Positions 49,931 to 63,117 of a stretch of DNA of 64,000 nt are shown here, piece after piece (the stretch's first letter is position 1; the number at the start of each line of letters is the position of its first letter). The position numbers were made by a program, and so were the translations under genes. Location: positions 26,040,001 through 26,104,000 of the forward strand of contig OX638156.1 of assembly GCA_951804945.1 (NCBI GenBank). The letters run 5' to 3'. Under the pieces are notes generated by a model that was not told the origin of the DNA, searched no databases, and saw nothing but the letters and a program-made list of their open reading frames with translations. The DNA comes from Podarcis cretensis. Taxonomy: Eukaryota.

Positions 49931-50649
49931 CTAAGAAACAAGCCGCCCTAGTGCTCAGTGGGGCTTGCTTGCAGGTGATGATGCAGAAGGCAGAAACAGG
50001 TTTAGTTCCGCGTTCCTAGCTCTCGCCACTTTCTCTAAATTTTACGGCTTCCTTCAGTTGGGGAAGGGCCCAAACTCGGCAGGGGAGCGTCAGTCTTTGT
50101 GCGCAGAGGGTCCCAGGGTCCATCAGGCTCCAGGACGGATCAGAAATGCCCTTCGCCAGAAACTAAGAGTGCTGCTACCTGGCATTGTAGACCTAGCTAA
50201 GTGGCTCCAACGTCTTCTCAGCTCTGTCCTCCAAGAGAAGGGGGGTGGCCATGGGGACTGCTGCCGCCCGCCCCTCAGCAACTGTCATCTGAGGCAACCA
50301 CCCACCTTTGTCTTATGGTAGGGGGCCAGTCCTGAAATCAAGAGTACTGTAAATTTTCTGCCTGAAAGTTCTTGAGTTCTGAGGCAGGTGCTCACGAAGT
50401 GTGGCAAAGGGAACATCTGTAGAGCCAAAGTTGCCCCTGATTTGCGCCAACCTGAGGGACACCTGATGCAGCCCAAATACAGCCCCAGTTAAGTGTGGGT
50501 GCAAGGCTAACGTTCCATTAGGGGTTTTTAAAACCCCAAATAAGCATATGGTTAGGAGAGGTGCAGGAGGAGATGCTGTGCCAACCCCCTCCCTCCAGGA
50601 ACAGGAGGAGGTCAACACTGCAGGCTGCTTCTTCGCAAGTGCCATTCCT

Positions 50650-50763
50650 GTTGACAGAGCATGAGACTCTTAATCTCAAGGTCACGAGTTTGAGCCCCAT
50701 GTTGGGCAAAAGATTCCTGCATGGCCGGGGGTTGGGTTGGGCTAGATGAGCCTTGTGGTCCCT
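50650..50763 (+). mobile_element. tRNA-Lys(CTT)-headed SINE with CR1 tail
   Basis: AGAGCATGAGACTCTTAATCTCAAGGTC...GAGCCCCATGTTGGGC resembles tRNA-Lys-CTT, followed by TTCCTGCAT..GGGGGTTGG..CTAGATGA. Confidence 0.72.
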
Positions 50764-51707
50764 TTTTAAAGCACTTGCAGAAGAGCACCCTGCAGCCTGC
50801 AAGATTGAATCTGGCACTCACCAAGCAGGTGAGTGGAGGAGGATTAAATTCTGAATCCCTGTGGAGAGCGTTCAGGGAAGCAGATGCCTTGCAGCCTTCT
50901 CACCTCATGCCCTGCCCCCTGACAGTCCCAGTTCACTCTGGACGACTCAGTCTGGCCACGGCTGTCTTGATTTGGCCCAAGCTGAGATCCCCACAAGTAG
51001 GTTTGGTTTCGACTGGGCTTTGTCCAAATCAGGCCCACTTGCCCTACTTAGTACTTGACAGATTCAGAATCCATATTTATCCTCCTTGTAATTATCACTC
51101 CCAGCCATGCAAGTTCTTCTTCTGTTCAGAATGTAAGACAAGATTCTGTGAGTGCACGGTCAGCATTCAGGAGGCCACTCTTCCCAAGCCAACCTGCTTT
51201 GTAGGTGCTCAGGCTACGTAGCCCTGTACTACTTCTTGTTTGCTGTGACCCCACTAAACAAACTTTTGTTTGTTGAGGCTCTTCTCCACTTGGATCAATA
51301 CTCCATCTGCATTTGACATGATATCATAGTTGTGCTCCATCCAGATGTCTCTCTGTGTTTGTTCTGGGAGGGGGGCTGTGAGATTTCCAAGTGACTCTTT
51401 ACCAGGATGCTAAGATGCATGCATTTGGAATGGTTACTTCACCTGTTTCAATATTGTGAACCAGGAGAGAATTCCTGGGAATGGGGACAAGAGATGAGTA
51501 CCATTTTCTGAAGGCTTATCATTAAGGCAACTACGTATCCTGTTTTACAGAAGACAGTTTTTTTGTTTGAAGGCACCCTCCATTGGAAGGGCTGTCAAGT
51601 CCCAGTCTAGCTAAAACATAGGAGAATAAGAGGAGCCTGGCTGCTGGATCAGACTGGTGAAACATCTAGTTCAGCATCCTCACTATGGCCAATCAGACTC
51701 CCTAGAT

Positions 51708-51942
51708 TAGGGGTCAGCAAACCTTTTCACTGTCCCTCAGACCTTGTGGGGGGCCAGACTATATTTTGAGGGGGGGAAATGAACGTATTCCTATGCCCCA
51801 CAAATAACCCAGAGATGCATTTTAAGTAAAAGGACACATTCTACTCATGGAAAACCACGCTGATTCCCAGACCGTCCGTGGGCTGGATTTAGAAGGCAAT
51901 TGGGCTGAAACCAGCCCCCAGGCCTTAGTTTGCCTACCCATG
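51708..51942. mobile_element. hAT (Charlie-like) MITE
   Basis: Perfect 8-bp TSD CCCTAGAT; same family as 18818 and 41864. Confidence 0.9.
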
Positions 51943-52076
51943 CCCTAGATTTTCCAGCAAATGGTATCCAGAGGCATACCATCTTTGATGGTGGTCAAAC
52001 ATAGCCATTGTGGCTACTATCTGATAGCTATAGAAATGCCCTGTTATCAGTGTGAGATAAGTAGATTTCTGATGGT

Positions 52077-52153
52077 TGTTATTGTTTAGTCATTTAGTCA
52101 TGTCCGACTCTTTGTGACCCCATGGACCAGAGCACGCCAGGCACTCCTGTCTT
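52077..52153 (-). mobile_element. Very short BovB 3' end
   Basis: Matches 5876-5956; 11-bp TSD TTTCTGATGGT (52066-52076, 52154-52164). Confidence 0.82.
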
Positions 52154-54579
52154 TTTCTGATGGTAGCCTAAGGTTATTTCTGCAGCCCTCAAACTCTGTG
52201 TGTTTGACACATGCCAGTAAAAAGTTCCTCTGAGCCATGCTTATTCCAGGTTGTTTGCAGAGATGAATGTTGAGGTAGGCCAGAAATAAGAAGAATCAGT
52301 TTTGGAATAGGCTAGCAACCCCAACATATGTTTTATATTTGCAGTCGAAAAGCAGGAAATTCAAAAAGTGGGTTGTCATATTCAGACTATATTTAAAATT
52401 GAAGGGCAAGTTAGTGGCTAACCTAAATCCATTAAATTCAGTGGGACTCCTCTGAATTTGACTTATCTGGATACAGCCCAGTATGCTTTAGTCTTGTTTT
52501 TTTTAAACACACACTCATACACAGAAGTCTTTCTAAAGAACATGGTTAGAGGCCGTTTCCACAAACGATGCTTTTCTTACAATGTTGGAAGTGAAACATC
52601 CTTCAGCCAGAATTGATGCCTTCCACACTGAGTCACACACTCTTTATTAAAAATGATATTTCTTAATCTCGCTTGCTAAAGAATGCTTTGATTTCTGTCC
52701 CCACACCCTTTCCAAGAAACCACAAGGAGTGTAATCTTGGATGATAATGTGAATTATCTTTTTGTCAAAATTGCTGCCTTCCACACTGAGTAATGCACTC
52801 TGGATTAAAAGGCAGATTTGTTAATTTGTCTTGTAAAAGTGCTTTGATTTCCAAACCCTGAGAACTGCAGTCTTGGGGAACAATGAGAATTCCATTGCAA
52901 TTCCATTACAGATACCTGCTCACTTTCTGAATTCTTTACAATCCCCGAGGCAGCTCTGAGAACTCTACATAATGGAGACATTGCAGTGCTGAACTTGGGC
53001 TGGAGACCTCTTCTGTTCCAAAAGTCTCTTCCATTATGCTGCTGTGCTATACAGTGCCTTTTCTAGTGCAGCACCACGAAAAGTATCTGATGAGTTCTGG
53101 GAAATGGGAAAGCTTGCATGCATACACTTTGGTCCAAAAGAAACAAAAAGTTGCTTAGACTTTCTTGGCCTCTTTGTCTGTAATCTTAATTTTCTTTCAA
53201 AACTGCTTCTTCATGTGGCCAATCTTGCATCTGCATAGTTCTCCCTGAGTGTCCCCCAGAGATGGAGTCAAGCTGACTCATGTATGTGATGACTCCCCAC
53301 CCCTAACCATAGGGGCAGTTCTCAGGAATCAACTATATATGAGGGTTGGGAAGCCGTGGTCTTCCAGATGCTGTTGAACTCCAACTCCCATCAGCCCCAG
53401 CCAGCATTGGCAATGGTCAGTGATGGGAGCTGTAGTCCAGCCACATCTAGGGAAGGTCTCACATTACCCACCCTGTATATAATTTTATAAATGTAGATCC
53501 TGCCTTGTTGCTAAGGCAGTAATGCTTCTGAATTCCAGCTGCTGCAAACCACTGCAGGGTAGAGTGCCCTTGTGTTTGGGTCTTTGCACAGACACCTGCT
53601 TGGCTGCTTGAGAACAGGATACTGGACTAGATGGATCATTGGCCTGATCCCACAGGCTGCTCTTACGTTCAAGGAGTGTGCTTGAAATGGATCTTGAATC
53701 CCTCTCCAGTTTGAAATAGTTGTTGCTTTATGATTGGAAATAGCTCCATGGGCTAATTTTTGAGGTCACCGGGAAGCAGAATATAAAGGATATTAGTAAT
53801 ATAAACGTTAGCAATGCAAAATAATCATCATCATGCTGTTGGGTTGTGTGCCTTTGAGGATCATTTGCTACCTGGCTGCCTGGCATATCTGATTCATGCA
53901 CATTGGATCCCTACACCTCACCCGTGATCTGCTTCTTTGTTGCCTCTTATCAAATGCCAAGCTACACAGCTGGTGGTCAAAGGGCACCTGCATGTTGTCC
54001 TGGCTTATGTGTGTGTTTCCACACTCCAATAGCTTTCAGACTCATATATATATCCTATAAGGCTCTCGAAGCATTTTTCAAAATGAGCAGAAATCTGTAC
54101 TGCCCTACACCCAATTGGTCATGGGCAGTTTACAAAGAAATAAGGTAATATAGAAACGGATTAGAATACATAATGAACAAAAACCATTCTCCTAAATTCT
54201 GTAAATAGCATAGTTTAAAAACACCTTTAAAATGACACAATCCCATCATCTGATAAAATCTCAGTGAAATAGGTGGGCTTTTAATTTGGTGCCTGAAATA
54301 ATACAGAGTTGCTGTGTGGCACACATCAGTGGGGAAGCCATTTCAACACCAAAAAGGCTATCCCATGGATCCCTGCAATATGCACCTCAGTCAACGCAGA
54401 AATCACCAGAAGAGTCTCTTCCACTGATCTTACGACAGGGTCAGGTTGATAGGAGAGAAGGCCTTATCTAAGATACTTGGGCCCTCAGCCAATTCAGGGC
54501 TTTAAATGGCAACATAAGAGACTGCATGAGATGGACAACTGGCTGCTTGGGACCGGTGTAAGGTAGAGTCCATCATCAG

Positions 54580-55170
54580 GATAGCTTGACCACAGCTGCC
54601 CATGCACTGGTACCCTCATGGCTGGATTACTGCAATGCCCTCTGTGTGTGTGTACCTTGGGGGTTGGCCTGGAAGCTGAAGCTGGTACAGAACATGGCTG
54701 CTAGGTTGCTTGTGGGGACAAACTATGGGCAGCATATACACATTGTTTTCAGGATTTGCACTGGCTGCCGATCTGCTATGGGGCAAATTCGAGGTGTTAC
54801 TAACATATAAGGTCCTGTTCAGCTCAGGACCAGGTTACAGGCCACCTTATCCCTTATACACCCAGTAAAACCTTGTGGTTTCTCCTGCAAGTTCCACAGA
54901 TATCAAAAGCTTGTCCTGCAGTAACTCAGAGCAAGACTTTGAGTGTGGCTGCTCCTGTTCTGTGGAATTGCAATCCAGCTGAGATATGACAGCTGCCCAC
55001 TATCTGCATTTTGTTGAAAAAAAAATGAGGACATTTTTGGTCCAGCAGGCTTTTCCAGTTGTTTTAGTTTTTCTTTAAATGTATCAGCTGCTTGGGGTGT
55101 TTCTCACTGGGTTTTTTGCTTCTTTTATTGCATATCACATTGAAACAATTGTGTAGAAGGTGATTAATAA
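54580..55170 (+). mobile_element. L2-clade LINE fragment
   Basis: Translation HALVPSWLDYCNAL...KLKLVQNMAARLL is the L2 ORF2 C-terminal motif. Confidence 0.8.
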
Positions 55171-55369
55171 AGTGATCATGATGGCAATAATAATGTCTAG
55201 GGCCACAGACTTTCCACCTTTGTTCGAAAGCATTCTATGGATGACATCTCCGTGCTTCAATTTTTCCTACTTGGATTGTGCGGTTGGATGAATTTTAGTT
55301 GGTTTGGATTTTGTTACTTTTCCCTGTGTCTTTTCGGTAAGCTGTATTGAATATTGGTGGAAAATAGTT

Positions 55370-55736
55370 GGGTGTGTGGTCTAAACCACTGAGCCTCTTG
55401 GGCTTGCCGATCAGAAGGTCGGCAATTTGAATCCCCATGATGGGATGAGCTCCCATTGCTCGGTCCCAGCTCCTGCCAACCTAGCAGTTTGAAAGCACTC
55501 CAAAAAGTGCAAGTAGATAAATAGGTACTGCTCCGGTGGGAAGGTAAACGGCGTTTCCATGCGCTGCTCTGGTTTGTGTTCCGTTGCACCAGAAGTGGCT
55601 TGGTCATTCTGGCCACATGATCCGGAAAAACTGTCTGCGGACAAACGCCTGCTCCCTCGGCCTGTAAAGCAAGATGAGCGCCACAACCCCAGAGTCGTCT
55701 GCGCCTGGACTTAACTGTAAGGCGTCCTTTCCCTTT
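55370..55736 (+). mobile_element. Sauria-type SINE (subfamily 'C')
   Basis: Shares CTCTTGGGCTTGCCGA and CTGTCTG(C/T)GGACAAACGC diagnostics with 22634. Confidence 0.85.
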
Positions 55737-55957
55737 ATACTTGTTTTAAAGAGAAGGGGCTTTGTGGGGCAGACCAACTTGATCAATACACCCTTCAAAT
55801 ACATTTGTGGCCTGAACTCTGTGAGGTTCAGAAAAATCTGTTTCTCTCTTCATTACATTTTTATTTTGCTACATGGGGCTGATCTTCCTCATTTTATCCT
55901 TGCAGCAACCTTGCAAGATAGGCTGTGCCCATGAGGTGGGAGAGTGATGACTCAAGG

Positions 55958-56105
55958 TCATAGAATCATAGGGTTCCTTCCAACTCTACAGTTCTGAGGA
56001 TCATCTAGTCCAACCCCCTGTAATACAGGAATATGCAGTTGTCCCATACGGGGATCAAACCTGCAACCTTGGCATTATCAGCACCATGCTCTAACCAACT
56101 GAGCC
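55958..56105 (-). mobile_element. tRNA-Ile-headed SINE with CR1 tail, nested in another SINE
   Basis: Minus strand GCTCAGTTGGTTAGAGCATGGTGCTGATAATGCCAAGGTTGCAGGTTTGATCCCCGTA resembles tRNA-Ile, followed by CAGGGGGTTGGACTAGATGA. Confidence 0.75.
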
Positions 56106-56452
56106 AGGTTAACTTCATAGTGGCTGAGTGGGGATTTGAACCCGCCCCTCCCGTCTGCTGCCTTCTGACCAGGATGCCACTGGGCACAACCTTTCCTGTT
56201 GACTAGATGGAAACTTGCTATGTTACACTGCTGTCTGTCATGTCATTTGTGCAGAATAGCGGGAGGCTGCTGTCCGTTGTATTGCTGGTCGTTCCTGTGA
56301 CACTTTTGCTAATGCAGCCAAAGTATCGGTTGAACTCCTTCCAACATTAGCATCACCCATAAAAATAGAAGCCATGTCCAAATGGCCATCCGTAATATAG
56401 AGCCCTTGATATTTTGTTGCAGCTTTTTTCTTCAAGTGGGCCGTTGCCTTAA

Positions 56453-56453
<1 letters not shown>

Positions 56454-56494
<41 letters not shown>
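56454..56494 (+). repeat. (CAA)n microsatellite
   Basis: Read directly from the sequence. Confidence 0.93.
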
Positions 56495-57049
56495 CTGCTT
56501 GCTACTGTGATCTGGCACTATTCAGGGTGGAAATGAAGCAATAGGATGTCCCTGAATAGGCAAATTGCAGAAGATGAGGAGCTTAATTGCCCAACAGATA
56601 CGTTGTGGCCCAAGAACTCTGCAAGATGCACATTGTGGTGGCAGCCTTCTAACACTATTAGAGTACAGTGCCTCTCTTTGGTATGGTGTTGGCACACATT
56701 TGGAGAGGCTATTGCATTGCACCTGTGGTTCACCAGAAATGCTTTGTAATTTAACTGTCTGACCTCATGAGAGCCGAAGAAAAGCCCTGCTGGATCAGCC
56801 TCATCTAGTCCTGCATCCTGTTCTCCCTGTGGTCAGCTAGCCTCCAAGGAAGACCTGGACACAATAGCAGTCTTTCCTCTTGGGATTCCCAGCAACCATC
56901 ATTCAGAGGCATGCTGCCTCCAACGGTGGGCGTAAGCCCCTAGCCACTGAGTCTGGTAGCCATTGATAGCTTCATTCTCCAAGAATTTGCCTAATCCTCA
57001 TTTAAAGCCATCCAAGTTAGTGGCTTTTGCTGCCTCCTGTGGGAGTGAG

Positions 57050-57401
57050 TAAAGATAAAGGGACCCCTGACTATTAGGTCCAGTTGTTACTGACTCTGGG
57101 GTTGTGGTGCTCATCTCGCTTTATTGGCCGAGGGAGCCGGCGTACAGCTTCCGGGTTATGTGGCCAGCATGACTAAGCAGCTTCTGGCGAACCAGAGCAG
57201 CACACGGAAACACCGTTTACCTTCCCACCAGAGCAGTACCTATTTATCTACTTGCACTTTGACATGCTTTTGAACTGCTAGGTTGGCAGGAGCAGGGACC
57301 AAGCAACAGGAGCTCACCCCGTCGTGGGGATTTGAACCACCGACCTTCTGATCGGCAATTCCTAGGCTCTGTGGTTTAACCCACAGCGCCACCTGCATCC
57401 C
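57050..57401 (-). mobile_element. Sauria-type SINE (subfamily 'A') inserted in a CR1 3' fragment (~56770-57550)
   Basis: TSD GTGGGAGTGAGTA on both sides. Confidence 0.9.
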
Positions 57402-60400
57402 TCACGTGGGAGTGAGTACTGTAGCTTCATTATGAAAAAAAAAGTTTGCTTTTCTGTCCTGAATCTTCCAACATTCAGCTTCATAGGATGGCTCCTGATT
57501 CTAGTATTATGGGGGGTGGGGAGAGAGAAACCCTTTTCACTTTTTCCACACTTCACAATAGTCCCCTCTAGAGTAGGCTGCTTCTTCTTCATTTGTACAG
57601 AGCTAGAAACAGGTTAAGAAGTCACAGCCACCCTGCAATTTCATTCCCAGACAAAGCTTTGTAAATCTTCCAGATCTACTCTTCCCATGAGCTCATGCTG
57701 ACCTACTTCTAGATCATGCTTGGAATTCTGTCTTGGCCTCATGACCTCGTATAGTTTCCAGGTCAGGTGCTGGAAGCAAAAGAGCTACACCTTCCATTGG
57801 TTGTACAGTGCTGTATTTTTAAGTTTAGATTTGCTGGGATCCTAGTGATGCTACTCTGGCACCCCATCTGGGAGAATCCATTTGACTTGGGGGAACTGTT
57901 TTGTCCCTGAAAGTTTTGCCTCTAGAAGTATATAGTGAATTGTGCTTGCTTTTATACCACTGCTTCCTCGGCTCTTTTGGCCTATGGTTGGCTTGTGTGC
58001 ATGTGCCCCGCATTAAGCAAATGAGCTCCGCTTCTGCATAGTTATGTCCAGAGCTATACATGACCTATAGGTTGCCCTAAATCTCCATTTTAACCGGTTA
58101 GACAAGAATCCTAGAAGCCACAGCTTGCAGATATTTCCTGTAGTTAAGCAAAGTTCCATTGGCCTACATGCATGTGTTTGGGAGACGTCATTTCCTCTGT
58201 ATAGCAAACTCAGGCGCTGAGTGCCAATTGGATTGTAGCCAAATTTGGGACACTGAGGAACAAGAGAGGATATATCATTATGCAAGGTTTGCAGAGGGAT
58301 GAAAATGTATGTCAATCATCTGAAGTCATAACGACACTCACTTGTCAAAGTTGGCCCACAGGGATGGGGATCTGGCCCGTTGGTCTAAAAAGGTTCCCCA
58401 CCCTCCACCGGAAGTGAGTGAAGTGGTTGAGGATGCTAGGACTGAATTCATTGAAGGTTGAGCTCATGGGCCGCAGCCAGCAGGTCAAAGATAAGGACTG
58501 CAAATGCACCTGATCAGAGTTTCTCTCTTCGTCCCTCCCTGCTATGATGCTGTCTTACAATTCTGAATGGCCAGGGCTGTGCCTTATTTATAGTAAATTA
58601 TATCTGCCCTGCTCATTCCACCCACTCAAAATAGAGGTTGCCTTTCAGCATAGGTTCTCATCAAATTACAACAGTAGAATCAAACTGGAGCTAATAATAA
58701 TAATAAAAAAAACCCCAAGCATTTATAATTGCCGTATAACAAAAGAAATGCAGCAGCAAAAAACCAACCCTGATTCAAAACTGGAGTCGGAGGTGGTTAA
58801 AAGAACAGAATCTGCATCAGGCTCATTCTAAAGATGCTTGGACAACATTTCAGAACACCAGAGGCAGGAGGGGAAGTTGGCATTCCTGTCAGAATGGCGA
58901 GCCAGGGAGCACCCCAAGGTTGAGGGTCTGACGCAATTTCAAGCTGATGGCCTGAGCTGTGACAAGATGGTTTCTCTCTCCCACCCCCTGGTTCAGCTCC
59001 CCACTTCCTAAGGGGTTGATCTCCTTTGAGGATTCGCAGTACTTGCCGCGGCAACCTTTACAAACTGAAATGTGGAAGGAACAAACCTCACATGACCCGG
59101 CACTACTCTTGTTACAGTGGATCTCAAAAAAATCTGTTCTCCAGATTCCCTGTAGCATTCCCTATGTATGCACTTGCTCAGGGAGTCTTCCAGTTCATGT
59201 TATTGCTATTGGAACACCCCCAAAATGTTTCCAGACTGATGCAGATTTCAAAGAACAAGGGGTGATATGGCATCAAGAGGTAGTCATGGCCACCAACTTG
59301 GATGGCTTTAATGGAGGGGAAGAATATCAGTAGCTACCAGCCAGAATGGCCATACTCTCCCTTCCCTGTTGGAGGCAGCATGCCTCTGAATACCAGTAGC
59401 TGGCTGGAGTTGCTGTGGTGTTCAGATTCTGCTTGCGGCGTTCTCATGGGCATCAGGTTGGTCACTGCAAGAACAGGATGCTGTGCTCGATGGGTCTTTG
59501 ACCTCTGATCTGGGAGGGCTCTGTGATCTTTCATGTCAAAGAGGAGGGGCAAAAGAAGCTGTATTGCTTGCCCGGAGCAGGAGCACATACCTCTCATCAA
59601 TCTTCTTGACGCGCAGATAACGTCCGATCTGTCCCTCTGCCTCTGCTGGCATTCCGATCCTCTGTTTCTTTGTTCCTCTGCCAGGAGCCATTAGTTCAGT
59701 CCGATTCCGTTTTTCTGGGCCCATAACCAAAAATGTGAGATTTTGACCAGCTTCAGCCCATCTGAAGCTGATACAGGCTCGTCTTTTCTTGAGCCCAAGC
59801 AGAGCGTCGTCACACAGCAGAAGGATAAGCAGTATGTACTACATTCTTAATTTTTATTTACACTTCTATGCTGAGAGAATACAAACATGCATCTTGCCTC
59901 TGTGAGCAGAGAAGCAACCCTCTCGGAAACAAAGAACACCGAGAGAACCAGTGAAAAACAGGAAACCAGTGAACGTCACATCCAGTCTCCCATTCCCGTG
60001 GGAACCCAACAGTAACTCTGACTGTGGAATGCAAAACAATGTCCCATGACTGTAGTTGCTGCTCAGTGAGGGAAATAGAAACCAACAGGCTCCTCTTATG
60101 AGTAAAACAAGGGAAACCTTCACTGAACAGGGGATAAAACAGTATACCTCAGAGAAGTTGCCAACATGGTGTCCTTCAGATGTTGTTGGACTACAACTCC
60201 CATCAGCCCTGGGCAGCAAGGCCAGTGGTCAAGGACTATGGGTATTGTAGTCCAACAACATTTGGAGTGTACTGCTTCTAGAGAAATTGCCTTGGAGTGA
60301 CATTTCCTCAGTATTGGCTAACAGTTTAGAAAAGACAAAGCAAAAATAAGCTAGTGGATATTGCCCCATGCTACAAGAATGGATTTCAAAAGTTGGTTTC

Positions 60401-63117
60401 CTTCCTGGGCCAAGGCCAGAAACTCTCCTTCACCTCCATCCACCCCAGTCTGGGTCTGCCTAGGCTGGATTGAAATGTTGTTTTCAGGAGAGAGAGAAAG
60501 TCTCATCATGGAGGAAGAGGTGAAGTGGAGGAGGGACACTGTACAGACATGTCTGGGCAAACTTCAGACACTGAAATGGAGAGCTAATTGAGCCTTGTGA
60601 CAAAATTCTTCAAAACGCTTGCAAAAGCAAACAAACGTGTGTGTGTATAGGACATCAACCTTGGCCTCCAGTCTATGAAAATAATTGAGAAATCCAGGAT
60701 TTTACTGTAACTCTATCCTAGGCAGTAGTGAGTCCATCCTAAAGCAAAGGTAGGGAGTGAAAGATAGTTTTAGGCTGTTAAGTAGATTGCAGCAGTAACT
60801 GGTGAGGGGGTGATTAATTGCTCCCCCCCCCCATGGTGGATACTTCAGGGTGGGTTGTTCCTGCTAGTATGAACATTTAAATGTGTATATTTTATGCAAA
60901 GGATTGAAATCCTTGTTATTGAGAGAGAGATGGGTGGCTGTTCTTAGCTGTTGATAACATTGCTGTACTTGTTATGATGGATAAATAATGGCTGCAATCC
61001 TTAGAATACACTGCTTACTTTTAATCTGGAATCAGTCTAAGCACAGGGATCTGAACCTTAGTGGTTGTAAATCTGAAAATCTTTTGCTCCCCTACCTACC
61101 ATCTGAAATAACTGTGCTTGGTCTTTCACTGAATGTAGTACAGTATTGCCAGCTTAAGAGGAATTGATGAAAGATCTACAGCAGGGGTAGCCGACGTAGT
61201 GCCCTCCAGCAGGATTTGACTACAATTCTCATTAGCCGCAGCCAGGATAGCCATGAGCGACCATGTTGGCTACCCAGGATCAACACTTTACGACTCATGA
61301 AACTAGAGTTATTTTCACAGTTTAAGGTCAGCAATGAGGAAAAGTGGGGCTCTTGTGCCTTGAATCGGGCAGAAATTCAACTGATTAAGCCTTTTCTAGT
61401 ATGGAAATAAAATTGTGGGGAAAACCTTGCCTGTTGACACTCTGCCTGCCAAGCATCTTAGTACTTGACATGTGACCCCCTGATTTAATTCTGAGCCTTC
61501 CACCCCACCTGCAAGGAATATGCAAATTTGCATGATGCAAAGTACATGCATTATTTATGCAAATGCATGCCCTCTTTTGCAGGTAGGGCAGAGGGCCCAC
61601 AGCCAGTGTATTGGCCTCAGAAAATCTTCTTGGCACCCCTGACTCTGAATATCTTTTTTTATACTCTGCTGCTCCTAATTTTAGATTTCATAGCTGCCCT
61701 TTTCAGGCTGGGCTTCCTTAACAGTTGGCTGTGTTTTATTGCCGTACCAACCAGTTCCCACTTCATTGAGCAGCTCTGCAAAGTGGAGAATGGCTCTCAT
61801 TGATCTTACTTAACAACCAGCGTGCAAAAGAAAGGGCGATTTCCAAAGAGGCACTCTCTTTCTGACAGCCAGCAAAAGATTCTGTCTGGCTAGCAGGGCA
61901 CATTTGGAAGGAATTCAAGGCTGATTTTAGAATGCAGGGTGTAAATTAGACAATTGCACAGAGAGGCACCGTGGGGTCAGTGATGGGGTCTAATGCAGTC
62001 ACAGATGGACGCTGTGTGAGGTCACCACCAGCTACAGGTCCAGAGCTGTCTCCTCTCTCTCATTCTGGAGACATTTTTCCCTTGCATCTCTGCATCTGTG
62101 GCTGAGCTGATTATCCTCAAGGAGGGGTGTATATCTCTGAGAGATTTCAGACTGCAGCTGCACAAATCCAGTGGGGCGTGCACAACTGCCTGGCTTGGCT
62201 TCTGCTGGCATGAGCCTTAGAATCTTAGAAAGTAAAATAAAAAGCAGTGTCTTTGGGCGATTGTGGAATATGGTCTGTAAGATGCCACAGTATTTTGCAC
62301 ACCAGGAAGGCTCTTTTTGAACTGTTGATAGACCTAGCGACATAGGTAGTTACATTGGATGGAATCAGATCCCTGGCACATCTAGTTTAGTACTGTCAAC
62401 ACTGATTGATGGCGATGCTCCACAGCTTCAGAGGGGGACATTCCTAGTCCGACTTGGAGATGCTGAGGATTGAACCTGGAACCTTTTGCTTGCAAAGCAG
62501 ATGCTCTGTTACTGAGCTGCGGTTGGATTGTCAACAGTGGGTTGTGGGATGGTGATGTCTTCCTAGCACTTAGTCAACCCATGTGTGGGGAACCTAGGGC
62601 CCTCTGAATGTTGTTGGACTCCCCTCAGTCCCATCCAGTATGCTGAATAACCAACAGTAATGGGAATTATAGTCTAGTGCACTGTTTCTCAAACTCGGGT
62701 CTCTAGCTGTTGTTGGACTACAACTCTCATCACCCCTGACCACTGGTCCTGCTAGCTAGGGATGATGGTATTTGCAGTCCACCCATAGCTGTGGATCCAC
62801 AAAAGGTTTCCCCACACTCTAATCTAACTTCCTTGCCCTAAAAAACAAAGGTACAGAAGTTGCTAGAGAGCAGCGGTAGTGATGTCCTCTTGATGTTGTT
62901 AGACTGCAGCTCCCATCATCCCCTGACCATTGGGCATGCTGGCTGTGGCTGATGGGGGTTATCCAACAACATATGGAGAGACCACATTGCGACTCCTGCT
63001 GTAGAACAAGAGAATGGAATACAGGCGACTCTCAGCTTATGCTTGGGTTGTGTTCCGGACAGTGTTCAAAATTCGGCAGGAGCCAGGCACATTTTGCACC
63101 TGGCTATTAACCACTTA

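Noticed and set aside
50650-50710. Functional tRNA genes (Lys here, Ile at 56040-56105, Ala-like at 3001)
   Set aside because: Acceptor stems and B-boxes are degenerate and each is fused to a retroposon body or tail, so these are SINE heads.
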